A DNA stretch of 64,000 nt from a virus (Duplodnaviria > Caudoviricetes), in IMG/VR virus record IMGVR_UViG_3300028832_000112, positions 41,681-105,680 of that record; one strand, 5' to 3'. The notes below the pieces were generated by a model. The model was given only the letters and a program-made list of their open reading frames with translations, was not told the DNA's origin and did not search any database. The translations under genes were made by a program, and so were the position numbers. The first letter of the stretch is position 1. Each line of letters starts with the position of its first letter. Positions 18,103 through 27,572 of this stretch are shown piece after piece.

Positions 18103-18266
18103 GAAGGCAAACTTTTCATAAACACAGCCGTCATTCAAGATACGAATGATAATAAACTTTATTATAGAATAAGTTAGTGGTATTTCTTGTTCTGATAAAA
18201 GAGTTTTTCGGTGCTCCGGTGACGTTAAATACCACAATAGGCGTTACCGGAGCACTTCTTGTTTGT

Positions 18267-19583
18267 ATGATAACGACCGCCCAGAAGATAATGTTGATAG
18301 TCGATAGCAAAACGGCAAGCGCGTTGAATCGCGCATGCGGCTGTGCTCGCTATGCATACAACTGGGCTAGGGATGCATGGTTTGCCAAGAAGGCCGCTGG
18401 GCAAAAAGTTGTGACGTGTGCAGAACTCCGCAAGGAGTTTAACGCACAGAAGTCTGACTGGATGTACGAGAGTCCAAAGGGCTCTATGGATCAAGCTATC
18501 AAGAACTTCGTTCTTGCCAAGAAACGGCATTACGAGAATCCAGAATTGTTCGGGTTTCCCAAGCGAAAGAAATACAAGTCAAACCGCTCATTCTACATAG
18601 AGAACGATAAAGCGAAGTTAATGGATGAATACCACATCAAGCTTCCCAAAATACCGAATCCAGTTAGACTGGCAGAGTCAGTACGACCAGAATGCCTATC
18701 CGGTAAGATAAACAACTTCGTCGTATCTAAGGGAAGCAACGACCGTTGGTACATCTCGATATCCTATACTTACGATGACACAAATAGTTTGTACGGAACT
18801 GGTGAGAATGGCCTTGTTGGCATAGACATTGGCGTTAAGACGCTGATGCAACTATCTACCAGCGAATGCGTCTCCAACGAGCATATCAACAAACGGCATT
18901 ATAAGCGACTTAAACGATATCAAAGGATGATGTCCCGCCGTACATACAATTCAGTCCACTACAAGGACATCAAGAAGACTTTTAATAAGAAGAATACTTA
19001 TATAAAGAACTACCGTAAGGACTTGATACATAAGGCTACTACAGAGATAGTCAAGCATAATATGGTCGTGGCCATAGAAGACTTGAATGTAAAGGGTATG
19101 ATGTCCAACCACAAGTTGGCGTCTGCAATTTCGGACTGCGGATTCGGCATGATCCGTAGGTTCCTAGAGTATAAAAGTGCCAAGTACGGAACGCTGCTCT
19201 TAAAAGTCGGGAGGTTCTTTCCGTCTTCAAAGAAATGTTCCGGATGCGGACATGTGAAAGAAAACCTTTCATTGTCCGAACGAGAGTTTATTTGCGAGGA
19301 ATGCGGACTGGCTATCGACCGCGATACCAACGCCGCAATCAACATACTCGCCGAAGCCTTGTTCAATGAACTAAATAAGAGATTCAATACCGACATTGCC
19401 CGTCGGAAATTCACGCCAGCGGACTTGGTAGCTCTGGCCTCTTCCCTTTCGGGAACTGGTGAACCTACCGAGGTCGATGCTCATCGTCTACTTACCAGAG
19501 ATGGTAGGACGGCTATGGTGGACGATTTCTTTAATCGTCTATGGAACCAAGTTGCCAACGCAACCATAAATTGCTATATTTAA
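18267..19583 (+). CDS. tnpB: RNA-guided endonuclease TnpB
   Basis: GCARYAYNW HTH; RuvC D (GIDIG), E (AIEDL), D (DRDTNAA); CSGC/CEEC Zn ribbon. Confidence 0.93.
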   Translation: MITTAQKIMLIVDSKTASALNRACGCARYAYNWARDAWFAKKAAGQKVVTCAELRKEFNAQKSDWMYESPKGSMDQAIKNFVLAKKRHYENPELFGFPKRKKYKSNRSFYIENDKAKLMDEYHIKLPKIPNPVRLAESVRPECLSGKINNFVVSKGSNDRWYISISYTYDDTNSLYGTGENGLVGIDIGVKTLMQLSTSECVSNEHINKRHYKRLKRYQRMMSRRTYNSVHYKDIKKTFNKKNTYIKNYRKDLIHKATTEIVKHNMVVAIEDLNVKGMMSNHKLASAISDCGFGMIRRFLEYKSAKYGTLLLKVGRFFPSSKKCSGCGHVKENLSLSEREFICEECGLAIDRDTNAAINILAEALFNELNKRFNTDIARRKFTPADLVALASSLSGTGEPTEVDAHRLLTRDGRTAMVDDFFNRLWNQVANATINCYI

Positions 19584-19584
19584 G
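19398..19584 (+). ncRNA. Putative omega RNA scaffold overlapping tnpB 3' end
   Basis: GGAAATTCACGCCAGCGGA start typical of tnpB 3' ends; several hairpins; boundaries approximate. Confidence 0.5.
19552..19580 (+). promoter_or_regulatory. Outward-facing early promoter at the tnpB right end
   Basis: TTGCCA-N17-TATATT with TTGC. Confidence 0.7.
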
Positions 19585-19636
19585 ACCTAGACAATACAGT
19601 CTATATCTTTATATACTTTTTAGGAGGCAGCCTATC

Positions 19637-19834
19637 ATGGGTGTTATTGAAATCTGGACTCTCGTATCCATCATCCTTCACTTCGCTGGCGTGGAAAACT
19701 TCAAGGACTGGCCAGTCATCGCATGGCCGACCACTTGGTCTTGCATGTGCCTTGAACTCTGGATGCTCATCGTCTACGCTGTAATCATCGTCGGCGTTGT
19801 CATTACGGCAATCTTCGCCGCGAGAAAGCGATAA
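19637..19834 (+). CDS. Small membrane protein
   Basis: RBS AGGAGG; two TM segments. Confidence 0.7.
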   Translation: MGVIEIWTLVSIILHFAGVENFKDWPVIAWPTTWSCMCLELWMLIVYAVIIVGVVITAIFAARKR

Positions 19835-20109
19835 TGGCTGATTACTTTAAGACATTTACTCCAGTTATCGACGGCAACTATACTGCGATTGTCGACGATA
19901 ACGGAGTAGAAGTATTCCGCTATAATCATGTACAGGTGGCGATGATGCTTACCCCAGAGGAAATACAGCATGCCACAACACTTTGCCTCCAAGATCGCAT
20001 ACGCGGCGGCTGGAGAGGCGATATCCTTCATCCGGAGCCTTACAATGTCACAGAAGCTAACGATGACGCTGTTCCGCGAATTCTTCCAGAACAAGGTCAA
20101 GAACATTGA
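19834..20109 (+). CDS. Hypothetical protein
   Basis: TAATG coupling to previous gene. Confidence 0.6.
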   Translation: MADYFKTFTPVIDGNYTAIVDDNGVEVFRYNHVQVAMMLTPEEIQHATTLCLQDRIRGGWRGDILHPEPYNVTEANDDAVPRILPEQGQEH

Positions 20110-20425
20110 GTGGCCGTCGTTCAACATGATGAAGTCCTCTGGACGAATCGTGGTGGACATCGCCGAGCCGCTTTCCTATGGTGCGACGGACGAGCCGTAC
20201 CACGGAATGTTCACGATCAGCTATGACACGAAAACCAAGTATGCCAAAGTCGTAGGGGAAATGTCCGACCTTCCGGACAGTCCCAAGAACCTCGACACGG
20301 TTGAAGACCTCGACAACTTCTATACCGAGTTCTACAACAAGCTGAAGTCTCGCGTCGTAAGCGTCAACTGCCACCTCGAAATGGACACCTACTGCATGCA
20401 CGGCGTCGAAAAGGACTACACATGA
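20045..20425 (+). CDS. Hypothetical protein
   Basis: GGAG RBS before MSQKLT; overlaps previous gene by 65 nt. Confidence 0.6.
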   Translation: MSQKLTMTLFREFFQNKVKNIEWPSFNMMKSSGRIVVDIAEPLSYGATDEPYHGMFTISYDTKTKYAKVVGEMSDLPDSPKNLDTVEDLDNFYTEFYNKLKSRVVSVNCHLEMDTYCMHGVEKDYT

Positions 20426-21189
20426 TCATCCGATTCTACTCTCCGATGACGGTGAAGTGCGAAACTCCGCGCTACGTCATCCCTGGCGAACTGGTGTCCG
20501 TTCTGGACTCGCTTCCGGTCAAGTGCCAGAAGCATTTCGACGACATCGCCGAGTTTTTCGGCGAGCACTATCTCATGGAAACCCACGAGAAGAACTACGC
20601 AGTACATTCGGTAGTTCCGATGCCTTGCATCCACAACGCGCTTCCGTACATCTGCTGGCTCGTCGCCGTCGAAGTCAAGTTCAATCCAGACTACAAGCCG
20701 TTCGACGTGCAGCAGTGCATATTGGAACTCCGAAAGGCCATCGACGGTCAGATCTCTGACGGCTGGGGAGAAGGCTTGGAACAGGAGCACATCAATCTTC
20801 AAGGCGACGTGTATTCCGTACGCTGCAGCGCCGTCGACAGAGTCGCTTGGCCGGGAATCTGGTGTGACGGAACTACCTTGTTGCCGTGTACCGATACGCT
20901 GTATGGAAAGGCTGGCGTCCGTCCTACGATGATGCGCCACGGCTGGCTCGATCCGGAAGCGTTCGACTATCTCTGTGCCGACATTCTCCGCTGGGTTCAG
21001 TCTACGGATGCAGTACGCAAGTGCGTCAAGACCGTGGACTCGCTGATCGAGAACTACAAGGTCGACGCACCTTACATCCAGTCCACGATCGACTGGCTCC
21101 GCAAGCGGACTAATGACACTGATCGTATCAAACAATATACAAAGGTGTACGACAAGATGGAAAGGGTACGCCATGAAGGAATAAAGTAA
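20422..21189 (+). CDS. Hypothetical, GQISDGWGE family (paralog of 41085-41942)
   Basis: IRFYSP...IDGQISDGWGEG. Confidence 0.75.
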   Translation: MIIRFYSPMTVKCETPRYVIPGELVSVLDSLPVKCQKHFDDIAEFFGEHYLMETHEKNYAVHSVVPMPCIHNALPYICWLVAVEVKFNPDYKPFDVQQCILELRKAIDGQISDGWGEGLEQEHINLQGDVYSVRCSAVDRVAWPGIWCDGTTLLPCTDTLYGKAGVRPTMMRHGWLDPEAFDYLCADILRWVQSTDAVRKCVKTVDSLIENYKVDAPYIQSTIDWLRKRTNDTDRIKQYTKVYDKMERVRHEGIK

Positions 21190-21296
21190 TGTCAAAGAAA
21201 AAGATGATTTTGTGCGCCGCTGGCGTTGTCATCGGTGTCCTCGGTATCGGTTTGGCGAACGCCACCATGTACTGGATCACTGCCACTAAGGAGTAA
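21189..21296 (+). CDS. 35-aa single-TM peptide
   Basis: MSKKKMILCAAGVVIGVLGIGLANATMYWITATKE; TAATG coupling. Confidence 0.6.
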   Translation: MSKKKMILCAAGVVIGVLGIGLANATMYWITATKE

Positions 21297-21298
21297 AC

Positions 21299-21736
21299 AT
21301 GTCTCGTAAACACATCTTCACATACGTTATCGGAATCATTGTCGGTTTCCTCGTATTCTGCGCTGTCGATACGGCAATTCACTACAATTCGACGCTTGAC
21401 GTAAACGTCCAGTGCTTCCAGCTCAAGGTTGACGAAGGCGCGAAGCCGAAGGCTGTCGTGTACGAGCCATCCAACGGCATCGCTGAAGTCTGGAAGGGCG
21501 TCTGCGAAACTGACGTGCTTCCCAAGGCAAGCAAGGAGAAGTGGACTAACTTGCATCCGCTAGAAACCCTCGTTGCTGGATTGCTGGCGGTCGCAGCGCT
21601 TTTCGTGGGCCTCATGGTTATTTTGTTCTATTTAATCATTGGGGTTCTTGTTAGTTTGTACAGATGGGCGTTCAATCCGCTATATGACGACCAGTCTATT
21701 ATCAGCGTCTACATCGACTTCGTCAAACACCCGTAG
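21299..21736 (+). CDS. Hypothetical membrane protein
   Basis: RBS AAGGAG; N- and C-terminal TM segments. Confidence 0.7.
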   Translation: MSRKHIFTYVIGIIVGFLVFCAVDTAIHYNSTLDVNVQCFQLKVDEGAKPKAVVYEPSNGIAEVWKGVCETDVLPKASKEKWTNLHPLETLVAGLLAVAALFVGLMVILFYLIIGVLVSLYRWAFNPLYDDQSIISVYIDFVKHP

Positions 21737-21744
21737 GAGACAAA

Positions 21745-22608
21745 ATGGCCTATAAGATTTTGCAACTTTCTGATATCCACCTCGGTTCCGACTACGAAGG
21801 AAACTTGGACACCAAGAAGCAGTGGAAGGCTGTCCTCAAGGACGCCAAGATCACTGGCGGATATGATGCCGTCATCATCACTGGCGACTTGCTTGACGAC
21901 AAGGTAAATGTCGATCCGGCTAACAACGCCAAAAGCGGCAAGGAACTTACTGACGAAGGTAAGCTCGGCAAGTACAAGGACATTCTCTACGATGCCAAGA
22001 GTTTGTGCGGATCTAGCGGCAAGCTGCTCGTGACACCGGGCAACCACGACAACCGCAAGCTTCTTGCGAAGGCCGCCGTCAGCATGGGCGTTGACAACGC
22101 TCGCGAGGATATGTTCGATAAACCGGGCGAGCACATCCAGTTTGCTCATATAGGTTCAAGAACCATCGTCTTGATTGACTCTGGCAACGGAGAACCGTAC
22201 AAGGCCCTCGCCGAACTCGCATATATGGCAAACCGCAACAAAGATTGGAAGCGTGACATGACGATGATCTTTACGCACAAGCCGTTCCAGTCTCCGAACT
22301 TGTACCACCGATTCATGAAGGACAACATGCTGCCGATCGATGTTTGCCATCATGCGGTTCAGTATGCGTCCGAATACTTCTGTGGCCATCTGCACCACTA
22401 TGCATCGGTTCACGCAAGGCTTGCCGACAACGATTTCTGCATGACGGTCGCCCCTGGCATCCAGTGCCAGATCGACCCCTATTCTGCAAAGTGCAACGCG
22501 GTTCCGCTTCCGGGCTACTTGACCATCACGTTCAACAACTACGATTCCATTGTCGAGAAGCGTATCCATATCGTTGAGAACTGGCAAGAACTCGCAGAAC
22601 AGAATTAA
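21745..22608 (+). CDS. Calcineurin-like metallophosphoesterase (CpdA/Icc-like)
   Basis: SDIH, TGDL, PGNHD, FTH, CGHLH motifs. Confidence 0.88.
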   Translation: MAYKILQLSDIHLGSDYEGNLDTKKQWKAVLKDAKITGGYDAVIITGDLLDDKVNVDPANNAKSGKELTDEGKLGKYKDILYDAKSLCGSSGKLLVTPGNHDNRKLLAKAAVSMGVDNAREDMFDKPGEHIQFAHIGSRTIVLIDSGNGEPYKALAELAYMANRNKDWKRDMTMIFTHKPFQSPNLYHRFMKDNMLPIDVCHHAVQYASEYFCGHLHHYASVHARLADNDFCMTVAPGIQCQIDPYSAKCNAVPLPGYLTITFNNYDSIVEKRIHIVENWQELAEQN

Positions 22609-22626
22609 CGCGAACTTTGGTTCCGA

Positions 22627-22693
22627 AAAGACAAGCCGCTGGTTGACAGTCGGCTTGTTTTTTGTTATATTTCCCTTACAAAAACGATAAACT
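22627..22693 (+). promoter_or_regulatory. Terminator fused to early promoter, followed by ATAAACT
   Basis: ACAAGCCG..CGGCTTGT hairpin carries TTGACA(22643)-N17-TATATT(22666); ATAAACT at 22687. Confidence 0.75.
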
Positions 22694-22734
22694 AGAGGCA
22701 AATTGTAAACAATATGAAACAAAGAGGACACAGC

Positions 22735-25700
22735 ATGAAATACTGGTTGACTTTCATCCTCGCTCTGGCCATGTCGGTATTCGCTGCCGACTTGAGACCG
22801 TTCCATTTCGACAAGGTGGCGGACGACCACGAGGCGCAGCAAGAGGAATTCGAATACATGCTCAAGTACAAGCTCTTCGGACGCGACTACTTGACTATGG
22901 GCCGCCGTGTCATCATTCCAGACAAGTCTGGCTGGAACGGTAGCGCCAACGACATCACGTCGGCTGAACAGCTGTCAATCGGTGGCCCGACCCTCGCTGG
23001 CGGTTCGATCTCCGTAGGCGACGGATGCAAGTTCACCACGGGCCCTATCCGAGCCACGTCCATGACGGCTGGCAATGACAATGGCGCACACTACTTCGCT
23101 GGAACCGTATGCTTGGCCAATACGGCGGTTTCCAATGCCGTACAGACTGGTATCAACCGCGCACAAGGCACTCTCACCAGTACATGCCCAGAAGTGCCAG
23201 CGGCACCGACTAACTTGTCCATACCGACGGTTCCGTGGCCGACGACCGGATACCAAGACGATATCATCATCGACCAGAACTACGGCGTCGCCTACATCGA
23301 CGTGCCGGACGGAACCGACCAGTATGACCTCTATTACGACAAGATTCACTTAAACCGAGAGAGCAAGAACGCACCGGGCAAGGAAGGCGCTACTTTGTAC
23401 ATCCGCATGCAAGACGGCGGTCGTCTGACTCGTATCTTCGTGCATGACCTACAGATCGGAAACCACACGTCCATCCGAGTCGTGTACCGTACGGCCAACG
23501 GAGATTCCATCTTGCCGCAAGACGAATACCGTGGTAACGTGCTTATCTATTCCGACGGCGACATTTCGTTTGTAAATACAGACAACACGCCAATACAAGG
23601 TTCGTTCCTCAGCACGGCGGAAATCTCGCTGCAGTGCAACCTCGACTTCTCTGGACAGCTGCTTGCGAACAAGCTGTACATCGGTGACGACTTCAAGGGA
23701 GACCACTTCCACTTCGTCATCTATGACCCGGACACGCTCGATATCGACCCTACGCTCAACAAGGACGGCGGACTTCGCGAGAACGACTCTACGGTGGTTC
23801 TCCCTATCCAGCTTTCCGATACGGCGACCGTCGACGTGTTCTTCAAGTTCTGCTTTGACCTGAAGGACGGCGTCACCGTCGATGACTTCAACATGGTTAC
23901 GGATTTCCCTATCTGTGGAACCGACTCGCCGAAGACCCTAGTCATCCCTACTGGCAAGAAGGTTCCCACCGAGCTGATCAAGGTAAACGTAAAGAAAGAT
24001 ACATTGACCGAGCCGAACGACTACCTCGTATTGAAAATCTCCATTGAGTCTGGAGCTGTCCTTCCGAACAACAAGACGGACGGCGAACTCCGCGTGAAGA
24101 TTATCGACGCCGACGTGGCCAAGAAGCTCTCGTTCGACACTACCGCCGTGTACACCGAGAAGGAAAACTACACTGGCATTGTGGACAACATAAAGATTGT
24201 CAACTATTCCGATGATGTGAAGTTCTATCTGGACTCCGCGTTCACTGGCCGTTACTCCATCGACGAGACCACTGGCGTCATTACTCTGCTGACTCCGGTC
24301 GACTACGAGACGACTCCTATCGACACCATCAAGGTGACTGTCAAGGACACTGGCGACGTGGCAATTACTGGCTATATCCCCATTTCCGTAATCGACATCA
24401 ACGAGAAGCCGATACTCAACGATACCACGCTCGTATTCAGCGAGAATACTCCGATACCGACTATCGTGGGCGTTCTGAAGGCTACCGACGAGGACACCAA
24501 TCCGAACTATAGCAAGAACGAATATTCCATCATGGAAGGCAGCAGCCACTTCGTCATCGATTCGAAGACTGGCCGCATCACCACGTCCAAGGTTTTCGAC
24601 TACGAGACCGATACCACCGAGTTCGTGCTCAAGGTATTGGTGGCCGACATTGGACAGCCGACCGTGCTCTACGACACCGCCTTCGTGACTATCCGCGTGA
24701 AGGACGTGAACGAGGTTCCGACGGTCAAGAACCAGACGTTCCATATTCCAGAAAACGTTATCGACACCGTAGGCAAGGTAAGCGGCGTCGATCCGGAAGG
24801 TAATAAGCTGACGTATGTAATCACCAACGACGTTCCGTTCAAGATCGACTCGAACGGAGTCATTACAAACACAAAGCCGTTCGACTACGAGACCAGGAAG
24901 GATTACTTGGTGAAGGTCGACGTATCGGACGGAACCTACATCATACCGATTGAAGTCAAGGTAATCGTCGACGACGTGGACGAGCCAGTGCATGCGCACG
25001 ACACTACGCTCACCGTGGACGAACGCCAGACTGGCCCCATCGGCAAGGTGACTGGAGAGGACGAAGATGGAAAGCCTGTTAAATTTAGTGGAAGTGATAC
25101 TCTACATTATAATATTCATCCTACTACTGGTGTGGTGGAAGTGGTAAAGCCGTTCGACTACGAGACGACCAAGGTCGATACCTTGCTCGTGTTCGTGGAG
25201 GACGTGAACGGCAACATCGACACCGCTACAGTCGTGGTCAAGGTGAACAACGTAAACGACCCGCCGAAGCTGCAGCCGAACGATTCATTGACTGTGCCGG
25301 AAAACTGCAAGAATTGCATCGTGGGCATCATTACGGCGACTGACCCAGACAAGGATCATATCAAGTACGAAGTGGCCGAGAAGGGCTTCACCATCGACTC
25401 CAGCGGCGTACTGAAGCTTACCGACCCGGTCGACTACGAGAAGACGCCGACAGTGAAGGTGACTGTAATCGCATCCGATCCGTCTGGCGCTGCTGACACC
25501 ATGACCTATACGGTGAAGGTGACTGACATCAACGAGCCAGTCCATGTGAAGGACACCACTTGCTCCGTCGCCGAGAATGTCACTGGGCCGACTGGCTGCA
25601 AGGTGACTGCTTGGGACGAGGACAAGACTACTCCGAAGTTCACCGTGACCGACACTACTCGTTTCGGCATCGACTCCACTGGCGAAATCATCGTCAAGCA

Positions 25701-27555
25701 GCCGTACGACTACGAGAAGAAGACCAAGGACACAGTGACCGTCATCGTTACGGACGGCGAGTTCTCTGACACGGCCACTGTCGTTATCAAGGTTATCGAC
25801 GTTCCAGAAAAGACCGAGATTACCGAGGTAGATGACCAGCCGAAGCAAGACACCATCAGGACGAACGATCCAGACCACAAGATCGACTACAAGATCTGTG
25901 AGGACAAGAAGTGCATCGTTGACAGCATCCCGGTGACGACCCACAAGGACACCGTGGTCAAGGTATGCAACGAGAAGAAGACTTCTTGCGACCAAGTGGT
26001 TATCTTGTTCAGTGACGCTCCTCCGGTGGTCATCCTCAAGAATACCGAGAATACCACGGCCTTGATCGACTACATCACCATCGAGGAAAAGAAGGACGAC
26101 CACATCTATGTGAACAAGAAGGACAACGCTCTCCAAGTGACCGTCAAGGACACCGTCCACAAGACGGAAAAGCACTTCGATATCGACGTCAAGCTTGATA
26201 CCGTGTCCGTGAAGACGTCCCACGTCAAGGACTACAGCTATCTGGTAGACGAGAGCAATGCCACCGTTACGCCCATAGGCGGCGGTCTGGCGGAAGTCTC
26301 CGAGACTATCAAGGTGGATGGCGTCAAGGTGACTATCACGAAGGTCGTCAATGCCAAGACGATGGATCCAGTGGACACGACGCAGACGGTGTCTTACAAG
26401 ACCACCGAAGGCGGCAAGGAAGTCACGATTACCTACACTACGGACAACCTCACTGGTCAGCGCATTTCCGACTACCATGTTTCGTACAACATTGATTCTT
26501 GCACCACGGTCTCCTATGACCTCGATGACAAGAAGAAGGTCGTGAAGAACAAGGAAGGAAACGTCGCTTATACGGTCAAGTACGACTACACCGACGAGTA
26601 TGGCAACAAGGCTTCTGCCGAAGTCGAAATCGTATTCGACGACATTCCGCCGAAGGTCGAGATCCGTACGCCGAACTCGATGGAACGCTTCAACACGAAC
26701 GCCATCAAGGTCGAGTGGACTGTCAACGGAGTAACCCAGGATACGCTTAATCTGCAGCGTCTTGAGAAGGGCTTGAACTACGTAATCCGCCGTTACGTGG
26801 ACAAGGCTGGAAACGTGGCCGCCGATACTGTAGCGGTATTCATGGCCGAGGCGAAGGATATCGACATTTCCATCATCAACCCGGTCACCAAGGTTGACCA
26901 AGACAAGGTTGACGAATACTATGCCGACCACAAGTACGACGCCAAGAATCCGTACAGCATCCAGTTCACCGATCCGGACTCCAGTAAGTTGCCTGAGACC
27001 ATCGGCATCGGCTTCAAGATCGACATCGTGCTTCCTAGCGTTTCTGCAACTGGCGGACTCGCTACGCTTGACGATATCGTGAAGAATGGCCAGATCCCAG
27101 TCGACGACAAGGGCAACATCGTGGGCGCTTCCACGAAGGGAATCCCGGTCGACCAGTATGTGGAAGAACACTGCACCGACGAGTTCAAGAAGGATTACAA
27201 GAAGCACGGTCTCGACATTCCTCTGTATGACGTGACCTACAACCTTCACCTCTGGGTGTTTACCACGCAAGCCAACTACGTGAACGACTTCCGCGTCGAA
27301 TACAAGCTCAATGACCAAGCCAAGGTGACGGACGCCGGAACTGTCCAGATGGTTCTTGACTGGCTGACCGACAAGGAAGGCAACGTGAAGGCCAAGAACG
27401 GTCACGCCATGGGCACTGGAGCCTATATCACCAAGCTTGAGTCCAAGTCCATCGCCAAGCACCGCTGCGACTACAAGGAGCAGAAGAAGGGCGACAAGAC
27501 GGTCAAGAAGGAAGACGACATGACTACGTTCGGCTACAAGAGGCCGACAAAGTAA
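22735..27555 (+). CDS. Secreted cadherin-repeat protein, Fibrobacter type
   Basis: Signal peptide MKYWLTFILALAMSVFA; six DYE..(D/N)(I/V)(N/D)(E/D).P cadherin repeats; Calx-beta-like segment; basic C-terminus FGYKRP. Confidence 0.88.
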   Translation: MKYWLTFILALAMSVFAADLRPFHFDKVADDHEAQQEEFEYMLKYKLFGRDYLTMGRRVIIPDKSGWNGSANDITSAEQLSIGGPTLAGGSISVGDGCKFTTGPIRATSMTAGNDNGAHYFAGTVCLANTAVSNAVQTGINRAQGTLTSTCPEVPAAPTNLSIPTVPWPTTGYQDDIIIDQNYGVAYIDVPDGTDQYDLYYDKIHLNRESKNAPGKEGATLYIRMQDGGRLTRIFVHDLQIGNHTSIRVVYRTANGDSILPQDEYRGNVLIYSDGDISFVNTDNTPIQGSFLSTAEISLQCNLDFSGQLLANKLYIGDDFKGDHFHFVIYDPDTLDIDPTLNKDGGLRENDSTVVLPIQLSDTATVDVFFKFCFDLKDGVTVDDFNMVTDFPICGTDSPKTLVIPTGKKVPTELIKVNVKKDTLTEPNDYLVLKISIESGAVLPNNKTDGELRVKIIDADVAKKLSFDTTAVYTEKENYTGIVDNIKIVNYSDDVKFYLDSAFTGRYSIDETTGVITLLTPVDYETTPIDTIKVTVKDTGDVAITGYIPISVIDINEKPILNDTTLVFSENTPIPTIVGVLKATDEDTNPNYSKNEYSIMEGSSHFVIDSKTGRITTSKVFDYETDTTEFVLKVLVADIGQPTVLYDTAFVTIRVKDVNEVPTVKNQTFHIPENVIDTVGKVSGVDPEGNKLTYVITNDVPFKIDSNGVITNTKPFDYETRKDYLVKVDVSDGTYIIPIEVKVIVDDVDEPVHAHDTTLTVDERQTGPIGKVTGEDEDGKPVKFSGSDTLHYNIHPTTGVVEVVKPFDYETTKVDTLLVFVEDVNGNIDTATVVVKVNNVNDPPKLQPNDSLTVPENCKNCIVGIITATDPDKDHIKYEVAEKGFTIDSSGVLKLTDPVDYEKTPTVKVTVIASDPSGAADTMTYTVKVTDINEPVHVKDTTCSVAENVTGPTGCKVTAWDEDKTTPKFTVTDTTRFGIDSTGEIIVKQPYDYEKKTKDTVTVIVTDGEFSDTATVVIKVIDVPEKTEITEVDDQPKQDTIRTNDPDHKIDYKICEDKKCIVDSIPVTTHKDTVVKVCNEKKTSCDQVVILFSDAPPVVILKNTENTTALIDYITIEEKKDDHIYVNKKDNALQVTVKDTVHKTEKHFDIDVKLDTVSVKTSHVKDYSYLVDESNATVTPIGGGLAEVSETIKVDGVKVTITKVVNAKTMDPVDTTQTVSYKTTEGGKEVTITYTTDNLTGQRISDYHVSYNIDSCTTVSYDLDDKKKVVKNKEGNVAYTVKYDYTDEYGNKASAEVEIVFDDIPPKVEIRTPNSMERFNTNAIKVEWTVNGVTQDTLNLQRLEKGLNYVIRRYVDKAGNVAADTVAVFMAEAKDIDISIINPVTKVDQDKVDEYYADHKYDAKNPYSIQFTDPDSSKLPETIGIGFKIDIVLPSVSATGGLATLDDIVKNGQIPVDDKGNIVGASTKGIPVDQYVEEHCTDEFKKDYKKHGLDIPLYDVTYNLHLWVFTTQANYVNDFRVEYKLNDQAKVTDAGTVQMVLDWLTDKEGNVKAKNGHAMGTGAYITKLESKSIAKHRCDYKEQKKGDKTVKKEDDMTTFGYKRPTK

Positions 27556-27572
27556 TCGAACGGAGAATTGAC

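Larger units (their letters stand above)
18107..19584 (+). mobile_element. Putative non-autonomous IS607-like tnpB element
   Basis: Bounded by imperfect direct repeat ATTGCTATATT(G/T)AAG (18092-18106, 19570-19584); AT-richer than flanks; no tnpA. Confidence 0.55.

Noticed and set aside
25285-27462. 725-aa antisense ORF, and similar long shadows (12777-13868, 23938-24999, 32500-33540, 38852-39700, 58989-59951)
   Set aside because: Mirror frames of genes with strong codon bias; V/L/D-rich shadow composition, no RBS or promoter
22735-27555. Diversity-generating retroelement target in the adhesin
   Set aside because: No reverse transcriptase and no template/variable repeat pair differing at adenines found in the window
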